64,000 nt of DNA from the NCBI GenBank assembly GCA_964035575.1, contig OZ037835.1:186001-250000 (forward strand), read 5' to 3'. The number at the start of each line of letters is the position of its first letter. Position 1 is the first letter of the stretch. Source of the DNA: Rhynchopus sp. YZ270_cl-10. Taxonomy: Eukaryota. Position numbers and translations under genes: made by a program. Under the pieces are notes generated by a model. The model was not told the origin of the DNA and did no database searches. It saw only the letters and a program-made list of their open reading frames with translations. Shown here in pieces: positions 42,259-54,600 of the stretch.

Positions 42259-43475
42259 CAGGCTCTCCGCTAGGATTTCCGATTTTGAAAATGTTCTGTT
42301 GATGGTCCACGTGGTGGGGTACATGCTTGCGCCGCAGGCGCACGGTACGCAACTTTTTTTTTTTTTCAACGCCCGATTTTGACTTTTTTGGGACGTTTGA
42401 GCACTCACCTCTCCATATCTTCTTCTCCTGAGCTTTTTTGACAAGTAGAACGGGTCTGAACCACTCAGCAGAACTTTTTGTACTCAGGTAGCTACGTAGC
42501 CTTCAGGGAGGCAATCGTGTGCTAATACAGAAAGTATCAGTCAAGGCTGTCCTTACAGACGCATGCCAAAGCGGCCGCCACATGGGTGTGGACTTTTGAT
42601 TGAAGTTTCATCATTGTACTAGCCCAGGGAGGGTTCCCGGATACCGGCGAGGTCTCTTCCAATCCGTTCCCTAGTTTCCTAGGGGGGCCTCCTTGGCTTC
42701 ATGGCTAGGGCTCTGCAGGTCCCTCCACACATGTTGTGTGCCTGCCTTCAGCACCCAGGGTAGCATACCCAGCACCTTTTACCCTCAGGTCAGACCTTCA
42801 TAGAGTTTCAGGAGGAGTGCCACAAAAGGGCCCCCGGATGCAATTTAACGTCCAGCCCAGGACGTTTCCGTGGAATCGGATGTAAATAACAAAGTGTTTT
42901 TATGTGGGTGGTGTCAATCATGACGTCAATTCGCGTACACAAAAGTGTGCAGTGGCCAGAAGACAAGCTTGAATATATTATTTTCATCATGTTCTTAGGT
43001 GGCGGCTCTCCGATTCAGGCACCCCTACCGTAATAGGCACACCTTCACCGTGCCCGTCCCCAGGCCAAAGCCGAACGGGGTCCGCCATAGGGTCTTGAGA
43101 GCGCCGACTTTGGGTACGTTAATCCCTTACCATACCTACTCATCGACGGAGCTGTGCGTTATGGGTAAGGAGTGCTCTTAGAGCCCACCTCGGGGTCGCT
43201 CATGTATCCCCCCCAAAGGTATTGTCCCACGGGCGGTCGCAGGGCTCTAGTTCATCCCCATACGTCCCCGGCACAAGGCCTTCGCGCGGTCAAAGGAATC
43301 CCATCATAGAGCCCCCCCCTACCTACTAGGAACATACCTCCACGACTGGATGCAGTTTTAGGTCATACCCAGGACCTGGTAGCAGAGATAGGACTTTTTT
43401 TTTTTTTTTTTTTTCCCCATTTTCAAAAAGTTCTGTTGACAATCAACAGAACTTTAGTACCTAGCGGAGTGCCTG
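42259..43475. mobile_element. hAT-type element (inverted relative to the 31277 copy) carrying a ~0.9-kb internal insert; 8-bp TSD ATAATACA
   Basis: CAGGCTCTCCGCTAGG ... CCTAGCGGAGTGCCTG; ATAATACA at 42251-42258 and 43476-43483. An empty paralogous site lies upstream of gene 4 (~55064-55080). Confidence 0.9.
42480..43391 (-). mobile_element. Nested insert (retroposon-like) within the T-tract of the hAT MITE
   Basis: Absent from the 31277 copy; bounded by ACTTTTT on both sides; contains two copies of the GGATGCA..GTC..CCCAGGAC motif also found at 281-310. Confidence 0.45.
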
Positions 43476-46188
43476 ATAATACAGCAACACAACAAACACC
43501 GGTGGGGTAAAAAGTAAGGTGGGTTTTGGGACAGTGCGGACGGATTACGGAAATGCAAAAGGTGTTGTTCAGCTGTGCATATCCACTGTGGCCTTGTTGT
43601 TACAATAAATGACGGAAAAACGGTTTTTCCGTGTAACATATAGGGGTGGGACACTGGGGGGAGTCATCGAAAAAGTGGTTTACATTCCCTCCCTTCATGG
43701 TTCTTCATCGACTGCTGGTTTACCATCCAAAAACCTTGACAAAGAAAAGATTTTCGGGGGAAGGCTCGCTATTTACATTTATTGTTACTTTCAAGTTTGT
43801 CACAATAAATACTAGATTCATATACGTTCAGTTCACAGAATTGAAAGTATATGAGAGGGTCAATAAATAGAAAAACGAGCCTTCCCGAAGGAGGGTTTTT
43901 TTTACCCCACTGATGCTTGTTGTGTTACTGACAAAGCCTCTGCTGCAGGCCACACAAAGTCAAACAAAGCAAACCTCAGCCTCATCCCACATGGAGAAGA
44001 GGGAAAAAGACTTGGAAAGGGGATTTAAATGGGAGGACAAACCATTGACAGGTTGCAGGGAGCAATGCGCGTGCCGGAAGCGCTATGAGGGGGTTTCTTA
44101 GAAAAAAAACATGTTTGTTCTCTGCACTAACATCACTTGGCAACATTCATTTTAACCAAAACCAAGAACCTGCCCACGTGTGAACTCCACGCATTTTCTA
44201 ATTAGAACGGTACGAGACGAGAAGTGAGCAGGCATAGCTTGGGGGTGGGGCCTTGAAAGCTTGGGAAAGGACGAGTCAAGCGGACTGGTCAATTTCTTGA
44301 CCATCAAGAAAGAAAAGGTGCGATGAACCTAAGCCTACGTGTGCTTAGTCACCTTTGCACACATTCGGTGTCGCTCATCAAGAAACAACAAAAAAAAAGT
44401 ATGCAGCAAACAATAGTAATATGATGAAGACAATGACTCTTGCAACAAAAAAAATGAATTTCGCACAAAAAAAAACCCCCGGCAGAGGGATTCATCGCAA
44501 AATACCACAGTTTGGGTTGTCTTTGGTGGCTTGTGAAGGAGGAGGCTACCCAAAAACTGTGGTCAAGCGAATTCATTTTCTGCCGGTGCGTTTTGATGCA
44601 AGGTACTGCTCCAAGTAAGAAAGTTGAGAGATGAATGTGCCTCGAGGAAAAGAAACTCAAAAAAAAATGGTGTGAGCATCATAACTGTATTAACAATTCG
44701 CGAAGGGGGAGAAAAAACAAGAATAGTGAAGTTATTGTATTATTAATGCAGGCACCTCCGACTGACCCACGTACGATGCCAGCCATCCGGATGAAAGCAC
44801 AAGAATAAGAACACGGTGTTTAGATGAACGCACCTCTCGTCACTAATTAGTTTCATGACATGATGTGCACACTACACTTTCTAATCAAAGAAAGCAAAGC
44901 TTCATCCACACACTGTCCACCACAACGTTGTTGGGTTGATTAAATGTTGTATATTTGAGCTCGAAAATTATTTACGATCCACTCGACGTTTGGATCAAGA
45001 AGAACAGAGACGAAAGGGGGCTTGGGGGGAAGAGTCACGCATACCCACACTCAGTCATTTTCAAAACAGTGGGTTTATTGTACCCACCATTCCTGAACAT
45101 CTGTACTTTAGTACAAACAAACAGTATTAAAAAGCAAACTTTCAAATCAAAAAAAAAAAAAGTCAGGCCAGCGAGACACCGTAACAGGGCTCGACTGCCA
45201 TATAGTGGGCCCGATATTCGTGGTAAATGGGGAGGCGCTTCCGTGTAACGGCAACCCACAAGAGTAGAACAACAACATAAACCCTTGAGAAGCAGACGCA
45301 GAGTCTCTCTTCTTACTTGTGTGCTGCAGACAAACATGACAACGCTAACCACGACTGCCAGAGCGGTCCCTAACGGTTCACTGGGGGGATCCACATAGAT
45401 AAAGAAAGCAAAAACACGAAAGCAAGAAAAGAAAATCAATAAAAAGTAAAACAAGAAGACAAAAGAAAGAGCGTTCTATACAAGATACGTCTAAAAGTAA
45501 TAGGGGAATAATTACACACAAAGAACGGTTGCCAAGCAACCTAGTTCCCCAAAACCCCGGTTCCCCCGTGGTTCCCCACGGGTTCCCCCTTAGACCAGGT
45601 GACCGCACGATGAGAATAAATTGCTTTTTTGTGAGATGATCGACACCTTACTTAGGTAAGTCGTCTTGAAGGCATACCCTAGAAGAAATACTACGGTGCC
45701 AATAACTACCTTCGCCCACACAGGAAAAACGGGAAACGAAATAGGGGGAGAGTTTGTTAGTTGTAGGATTTCACCTTTTATATTTCTCGTTTTGAAAACT
45801 GATGTGTTTACAAAAACAGAGCCAAATAGAAAAGGCAAGAAAAGGAAAGTCCTGAAGTACAGAAAGTGATGTGTGAGAAGGGAGGAGCACAAGTGAGGGT
45901 GAAAACAGTTAGAGCATTTCCCCTGTCACCTGCGTTCGACCTATAACAAAGTATTTGTCCTGATAGAAAAAAAAGGTTTTTTGAAGAAGCAAGAATAGAC
46001 CCAGTATCACTGGAATACCAGTAACAAAGTACCCTACTGTATTCAAAAAGTACTTTCTCCGAACCTTCACCATAACTATTTTTCGGGGGGAAAACCCCAC
46101 TCAGAAAAACATATTTTGAGAGTCCGACCCCGCAATTAATGGGGGGGTGGGAAAGAAAGTTCTAAATAAAGAATGAATGGCCAACGGC

Positions 46189-46684
46189 CACATGAGCACG
46201 CACACATGAGCACGCACACATGAGCACGCACACATGAGCACGCACACATGAGCACGCACACATGAGCACGCACACATGAGCACGCACACATGGGCACGCA
46301 CACATGAGCACGCACACATGAGCACGCACACATGGGCACGCACACATGGGCACGCACACATGGGCACGCACACATGGGCACGCACACATGGGCACGCACA
46401 CATGAGCACGCACACATGGGCACGCACACATGAGCACGCACACATGGGCACGCACACATGGGCACGCACACATGAGCACGCACACATGGGCACGCACACA
46501 TGAGCACGCACACATGAGCACGCACACATGAGCACGCACACATGGGCACGCACACATGAGCACGCACACATGGGCACGCACACATGAGCACGCACACATG
46601 GGCACGCACACATGAGCACGCACACATGGGCACGCACACATGAGCACGCACACATGAGCACGCACACATGAGCACGCACACATG
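46189..46684. repeat. 14-bp minisatellite CACATG(A/G)GCACGCA, ~35 units
   Basis: Directly visible; same flanks as the 31675 array. Confidence 0.95.
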
Positions 46685-48373
46685 TAAAAAGAGGGAAAGT
46701 TAGGGGGAAAAGAAGTTAAAGAGGAGGGAGGAAGTTGAGGGAGAGAAGGGTGACCTTCGAGGAGCCGAAAAGAGGCGAAAAAAGGGTGTTTTTTTGTATA
46801 GTTTTGTAATATGAACCTAGGAAGCACGGTGCATTAAGTTCACCAAAAGAGAGAGTAAGTAAGGGGAAATTTTAGTAATGAAGGAGGAAGGGAGGAAACC
46901 TGTTTTCAGGATGTCGGTGGGCTGAAACCTCGGGTGCAATTGGGCGTAATTCGGTAAATTTGGGAAATTGGGCAAAAATGCAGTTTCTTTTGCCGTTTTT
47001 TGTACTTTTGACTTGCTTTTCGGTCGTCACATTCCCTAAATTTTGTGCTGTTTGCCTACAAATCAATATAAAATCAAAAACGGCGATGAAAAATATGCCT
47101 TGGTGAGTGGTCACAGATGCTGCACCTACGCGGTTCCAATGCGAGAATGGAGGTGTCCTGGTTACCAAACACCCCCCGCCATAGGCTATGATAGGGTGTT
47201 CCCATTTTTTACCAACACCCGAAAAGCGGGTGTCGTCACACCCTCTAGTTGAGTCGCCTGTTGACCTCAACTCAGAGGCTGGACCCCACTGTGTGAGCAA
47301 GCAAAACAGGTAACCCCCGGGAAAGCCTCCCTCAAAAACATCTGAGTTGTACTGGTGGTGTGACTGGGTGTTATTGGGGCGTAATTGGGTAAAATTGACC
47401 CCAGGTGGGTCCAGATGGGCTGTGTTGGGTCCGGGTGGGTAAATAAACATTACAAGAAAGGGAACAACAAAAGAAGAAACAGCAGACAGAGTCTGCTGGA
47501 GTTGCAATAATAAAACAGAACAAAATGACAAAATGACAAGATGATCTTTGAAAACACTTGTAGCATGAGTCTTGATTGAGAGTCATCAGAAGAAAGAAAA
47601 GCACAAAAAAACAAAGAGAAAAATGCAAGACAAAACGCCCGTACGGCGAGAAGAATACGCCTCCTGCACCCGAATTATTCAATAAAACAGAGTGTCGGGG
47701 AAACGCGTCCCATCTATGTATCTCAAGGATGAAAGACCAACAGAAGATCAAGAAAACACAGTTCCAAAATATTATATAACGCATTCTTGCACCAAAAGAA
47801 AAATGGGCAAAAGAAAAAGTTTATAAGATGACCCTAAGCCTCTCGTGCTGAGTCACATTAAAAAAAAACGTCAAAAAGAAAAAAATGAGCTCAACCTTAC
47901 TAAAAAGGGAGAGAAAATTGTTGTGGAAAATCGCACATTATTTTGTGGGATGTGTGCGGTTCTTAGTCGTGCAAAAGAAAAAAGCACAAAATAGAAACCG
48001 CCAACAATAAAGACAATAAAGACAAAAGGGAGAGGTTGTGGTGAAACACACACTCTCGACCTGTCGGTGAAGTGTGGCTCTACTCCAACCCTCCCCAGAA
48101 TAGAAAATAGAAAAAGTAGGGGGCACGGTGTTCAATTTCCTTTTTAGCGTTGTATGCAATAGGTGCCCCTTCAGTGCACCAGGTACAGCACATCTCTTAA
48201 GAAAGTCGAACATTAGCCAACAGAAAAAGAAAAAAGAAATAAGAAAAAAGAAGGAAATAAAAAGAAAAGAACACATTCGCACAATCCTCCACCAGGAAAA
48301 GTCGACATCAAAAGTAGAAATTTGGTGTGCAAAAAAAACGCGGAAAAAAACGAGCCTTTTCTTTTTTGATTTA

Positions 48374-48602
48374 CCGACCCTCCCCCGTGAAATTGTCCCC
48401 CCTGGAAGAAAAAGTGAGGGGGGTACAATATATCGTACGGCAAAAGGGGGGACAATTTCTCGTACTGTAGGGGGGGGGTGACCTTGGGGGGGGGTGGCCG
48501 TTGTGGTGTGAAGAAGGGACATCCCCGCAACTCCCTTGAAATTGTCCGTCGGGGCAAAATACCGGTTTTTTTTGGGGGGACAATTTCACGGGGGAGGGTC
48601 GG
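48374..48602. mobile_element. TA-flanked MITE (longest copy) just downstream of gene 4
   Basis: Same 28-bp TIRs as 33614-33714 with a longer internal region. Confidence 0.8.
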
Positions 48603-48646
48603 TATTTCTTTTTTTCGAATTCAATTTGTTTTTCTTTGGACCCTTT

Positions 48647-51600
48647 TTACACATCCTGTGCATAATCCTCACTACCGCCATGAGGAGAGGCCAGCCCATT
48701 CCCGACGGCACTCATCCCGCTGAAGGTACGTGCACGTGGCCCCCCTGGACTCACACCACGCCCGGCACCCATGCCCAGCGCTACGGATCTGGTATTGCGT
48801 GCTGGGAGCGACACGGCAAAGTTCTGCTGTGGGAAGCTGACCCCACCCCTTCCTCCTCCTCCACCTGCTCCCCACCCATCTGCAGTGCTGATGCTACTGT
48901 TGCTGCCTGGTGGGTCGCTTGGGGACACACCACTACCACTCCCAGACACACCAGAATAAAAATGCACAGCAGACCCCAGCTCTTGCAGCGGGACGGCTGG
49001 GGTGTAATACGAGTCTCCTGCATTTGCCGCGAGCCCGGAGTCGGCGCCACCACTCCTTACGCTCAAGCGATTCAGGGCTGCACTGGATTGCGGTAGATCA
49101 GCAGTACGAGGGCTCAACACTTGCAGTGAGGAGCGGGTCGTTGAATTAATGGACTCAACCTCGAACTCCCGGAAGACCGACAGATACTCCTCTACGTCCA
49201 CTTCACGCGACGCTCCAGTACGTTGATCATCCTTCGCCCAGAGCGTGTCCTGTGTGATGCGCCTGCGTGAGGATGCGATGACATAGATGTCTGACACTGC
49301 ATCCACCACCGCCTTGATCAGAATCGCGACCATCGCAACTGTCAGCACCATGACAGCGGTTTCGAATCTACTGTCATTCAGATCTTCGCTGTAGTACGCA
49401 AGCCCTTGAAACACCATGGCGGCAGTGGTAGCGAGGTATACCAAGGTGTACAGCGCATTGTCCCGTGGTCTACAATACGGCCGCAACGATCCAACAAAAA
49501 TTGCCATGGACAGAAACAGAACAGCAAGCCCCATCCGGAGGTGCCCGCACTGCACGAAATCCGTTGTGTCCGGCACCGTCAGCGCCCCCGCAGCGAACAT
49601 CATCAAGAAGAAAAACGCACAAAACCACGCAGACGCCTGACGGTACGGACGCACCGGGGACATATGGTTTCTCAACCACACATCCCCTCGCGACACTGCC
49701 ACCCATTCACCTGGACCGAGCAGAATCCTTCCTATCGTCCCCACCTCTGTCCCTGCATACACCGCACTCTTTGGCACCCCTCTCCACACACGGTACACCA
49801 CCCAAAACGGCACTGCAACACAAAAGATCAGGCCAAAAAGACCGGAAAGAAATTGCCCAAAATTGCGTGGATAAATGATAAGGTATTGTGCCACAAACAC
49901 TGTTCCTTGATACAGCAGTATAAAGACGTACAGCCAGACCGAAGGAAGGCCGCCAAATCCTGCATAATGCGCAAACCCTGAAAGAAACGTTGATCCCGAT
50001 GCGTCTGCTGCGCGGGACAACACATAGAGCAGGCCAGAGGCGGCCAGGATGAGGCAGAGGTTGCCTACTAGCGCACCGAGGTGTTGGCTGTTGTCGATTT
50101 CGAGGCCGAGAACGTTGACGCCGAGGGGCAGGTCAGAGTGCAGGCCGCACTGTGGTGTGCCTACAAGGCCGATGGTGGCGCCTGAGGCAGCGGAGTTGAC
50201 GCTCACGATGCCTAATGCCGGTGCAGTCGCTGCTGCTTCGGAACGTTGTGCTGCAGAGAGCTCGGCTGCAGAGATGACGAGGTCGCAGCTCTGTGCAGCG
50301 TCGTTTCCGTCGTGTGTGACAGTGATGCGGATGTGCTCTGACGAAGTGTAGTGTGCGTCGCCAAGTGCCAGGAGCACACCACCAGGTCGCTGAGGGTGTG
50401 CCGTCAGAACAACAAAGCCGTCCTGCGTGGAGGCCCACTCCGCGCCGTATTTCTCGTGGTTGCCAGAAAGGGAGGTGACAGTGGTTGTGAGCTCGGAGGC
50501 GGGGACGGGAAGGCCGGACGGATGGTAGGCCCCGATCGAGAGTTTGTGTGCGCGCAGGTCTGCTGCGGTTGCCTCAGAGGGGCATTCGAGGTGGAGGGGG
50601 TCCACCTCAGGAGCAGGTGTGTCTGCGGACGGTGCTAAGTTGCGCGGTGGTGTGAGTGTTGCGTGCACGTCGGTGGGTGGTGTGAACGTTGCGTGAGGTG
50701 CAAACGTCGTATCAGGTGTGGGTATCGTGTCTGGTGTAGAGGGTGTGCCTGCGAGAGGTGCTGCTGTGTTCGGCCCGATGTTGCCGTAGGGTGGTGAGAA
50801 TGTGAACACCATGCGTGGTACAATAGTGCGTGGCACCCGTGGGCGTGGTGTTGCAGGGGACATTGATGCAGGGAGTGGCGCTAGAGTTGTCGGTGCCAAG
50901 CTTGCCGCAGCTGTCGTAGGAGCCATCGTCACTGCAGATGTGACTGGAAGGCCGGTTGCTGGCAACGTAGCGGGCGACACACTTGCCGTCGATGCTGTCG
51001 GTGACGCGGTGTCCGGAGTCTGGGTTTGCGGAGGGTCTGTTGTCAGCATCTGCTGTGGCAGAGTTGTAGGAGCAGGCGTTGGTAGTGACAGAGTGACCGG
51101 AGCCGGAGTAGGCGACACAGTCACAGGCACGGCTGTGGGAGGGGACAGTGTCGGTGCCTCAGTAACCAGTGTCGTTGGTGCCGGCGGCACTGCTGTAGAT
51201 GTGACAGGTGCCAGTGTCGGTAGCTCAGCAGTTTGTGGTGACGGCGTAACAGGTGTAGGTCTTGGTGGTGCTGCTGTTTTCGTTGACGGCACAGGTACCG
51301 GTGTTGGTGGTGACAGCGTTACAGGTGCCGGTGTAGGTAGCGGTGATGGCGGGGAAGGAGTAACAGTTGCCGGCGTTGGTGGTGACGGAGTCACAGTTGC
51401 AGGTGTTGGTGGTGATGAAGTTGCCGAAGGAATCAATGTTACACCTCCACCAAGCACAGACGGCGACGGCGTATTAGGCGATGGTGTTGGTGGTGACGGT
51501 GTGGGTGGCGACATTGTTGAAGGAATCAATGTTACACCTCCACCAAGCACAGACGGCGACGGCGTATTAGGCGATGGTGTTGATGGTGACGGTGTAGGTG

Positions 51601-54600
51601 GCGACATTGTTGAAGGAATCAATGTTACACCTCCACCAAGCACAGACGGCGACGGCGTATTAGGCGATGGTGTTGGTGGTGACGGTGCAGGTGGCGACAT
51701 TGTTGAAGGAATCAATGTTACACCTCCACCAAGCACAGACGGCGACGGCGTATTAGGCGATGGTGTTGGTGGTGACGGTGTGGGTGGCGACATTGTTGAA
51801 GGAATCAATGTTACACCTCCACCAAGCACAGACGGCGACGGCGTATTAGGCGATGGTGTTGGTGGTGACGGTGTGGGTGGCGACATTGTTGAAGGAATCA
51901 ATGTTACACCTCCACCAAGCACAGACGGCGACGGCGTATTAGGCGATGGTGTTGGTGGTGACGGTGTGGGTGGCGACATTGTTGAAGGAATCAATGTTAC
52001 ACCTCCACCAAGCACAGACGGCGACGGCGTCGGAGGTGATGGTGTTGATGGTGATGGCGTCGGAGGACTCGGAGTCGGTGGTGACGCAGTAGGTGTTGGT
52101 GGTGAAGGTGTCGGAGGACTTGGAGTTGGTGGACTTGGAGTAGGTGGTGATGGTGTCGGAGGACTCGGAGTCGGTGGTGACGGTGTCGGAGGACTTGGAG
52201 TTGGTGGACTTGGAGTAGGTGGTGATGGTGTCGGAGGACTCGGAGTTGGTGGTGACGGAGTAGGTGGACTTGGAGTCGGTGGTGATGGTGTCGGAGGACT
52301 TGGAGTCGGTGGTGATGGTGTCGGAGGACTCGGAGTCGGTGGTGATGGTGTCGGAGGACTCGGAGTTGGTGGTGACGGAGTAGGTGGACTTGGAGTCGGT
52401 GGTGATGGTGTCGGAGGACTTGGAGTCGGTGGTGATGGTGTCGGAGGACTCGGAGTCGGTGGTGATGGTGTCGGAGGACTCGGAGTCGGTGGTGATGGTG
52501 TCGGAGGACTCGGAGTCGGTGGTGACGGTGTCGGAGGACTTGGAGTTGGTGGACTTGGAGTAGGTGGTGATGGTGTCGGAGGACTCGGAGTTGGTGGTGA
52601 CGGAGTAGGTGGACTTGGAGTCGGTGGTGATGGTGTCGGAGGACTCGGAGTCGGTGGTGACGGTGTCGGAGGACTTGGAGTTGGTGGACTTGGAGTAGGT
52701 GGTGATGGTGTCGGAGGACTCGGAGTTGGTGGTGACGGAGTAGGTGGACTTGGAGTCGGTGGTGATGGTGTCGGAGGACTCGGAGTCGGTGGTGATGGTG
52801 TCGGAGGACTCGGAGTTGGTGGTGACGGAGTAGGTGGACTTGGAGTCGGTGGTGATGGTGTCGGAGGACTTGGAGTCGGTGGTGATGGTGTCGGAGGACT
52901 CGGAGTCGGTGGTGATGGTGTCGGAGGACTCGGAGTCGGTGGTGACGGTGTCGGAGGACTTGGAGTTGGTGGACTTGGAGTAGGTGGTGATGGTGTCGGA
53001 GGACTCGGAGTTGGTGGTGACGGAGTAGGTGGACTTGGAGTCGGTGGTGATGGTGTCGGAGGACTTGGAGTCGGTGGTGATGGTGTCGGAGGACTTGGAG
53101 TCGGTGGTGATGGTGTCGGAGGACTTGGAGTCGGTGGTGATGGTGTAGGAGGACTTGGAGTCGGTGGTGATGGTGTCGGAGGACTTGGAGTCGGTGGTGA
53201 TGGTGTCGGAGGACTTGGAGTTGGTGGACTTGGAGTTGGTGGTGATGGTGTCGGAGGACTCGGAGTAGGTGGTGACGGAGTAGGTGGACTTGGAGTCGGT
53301 GGTGGACTTGGAGTAGGTGGTGACGGTGTGTCCGGAGCATTTGTCGCATCGCACGCATAGAACTTGAAGTTCTTGACGGTGCCGTCGAGCGGCGCATCAT
53401 TAGGCCACGGGCTTCTCTTCACGAGGTTGATCGTGCGTGTGACCATGAGGGGAAGACCTACGTGGCCACTCACGCGCTCGACACCATCGATGTAGAGCGC
53501 AGCCGACCCTGTCGTAGGGCCCGTGCGTGTGTACACCAGCACCATAGACATCTCGACACCCAACGGCGAGGCTACAGGGTCCGCGATCACAGCCTGTCCT
53601 GTGGTGCCGTGGTACACCTGGGCGTGCCACCTCCCCTGATATATCCCAAGCAGCACATTGTCCTGGTCTCGTCCATTCGAAAAGTCAAACACACGTCCCC
53701 AAGACGTCGCTGCATTCACGGTCACATCCGCCTCCATCCGGAACCCACCCCCAAAGGTTAGAGTTCGGGTAGAGTCATGTTCACTGCTGTCTGCGAACGA
53801 CGTGAGCAGGATGGGAGCAGCACACGGCTGTGGTGGAGGTGCGTGAGTTGGCGGTGCATCAGTGTCTGGAGCATTTGTCGCATCGCACGCATAGAACTTG
53901 AAGTTCTTGACGGTGCCGTCGAGCGGCGGATCTTGGGGCCACGGGCTTCTCTCCACGAGGTTGATCGTGCGTGTGACCATGAGGGGAAGAGCTGCGACAC
54001 CACTCACGCGCTCGACACCATCGATGTAGAGCACAGCCGACCCTGTCGTAGGGCCCGTGCGTGTGTACACCAGCACCATAGACATCTCGACACCCAACGG
54101 CGTGGGTACGGGGTCCAAGATCCCAGCCTGCCCTGTGGCGCCGTGGTACATATGAGCGTCCCACCTCCCCCCATTTAGCCCAAGCAGCACATTGTCCTGG
54201 GCTGCTCCATTCGAAAAGTCAAACACACGTCCCCAAGACGTCGCTGCATTCACGGTCACATCCGCCTCCATCCGGAACCCACCCCCAAAGGTTAGAGTTC
54301 GGGTAGAGTCAAGTTCACTGCTGTCTGCGAAGGACGTGAGCAGGATGGGATCAGCACACGGCTGTGGTGGAGGTGCGTGAGTTGGCGGTGCATCAGTGTC
54401 CGGAGCATTTGTCGCATCGCACGCATAGAACTTGAAGTTCTTGACAGTGCCGTCGAACGGAGGATCCTGGGGCCACGGGCTTCTCTCCACGAGGTTGATC
54501 GTGCGTGTGGCCATGAGGGGAAGAGCTGCGACACCACTCACGCGCTCGACACCATCGATGTAGAGCACAGCCGACCCTGTCGTAGGGCCCGTGCGTGTGT

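Noticed and set aside
42151..42444. 98-aa N-terminal extension of gene 3 (and 20-aa extension of gene 2)
   Set aside because: The gene 3 extension starts at a non-ATG codon inside the MITE. Both extensions run through the acceptor block, would bury the signal peptide, and are not shared by the paralogs.
46101..46827. Cys-rich CVRAHVCVLM ORFs (also 31530-32004)
   Set aside because: Translations of the 14-bp VNTR.
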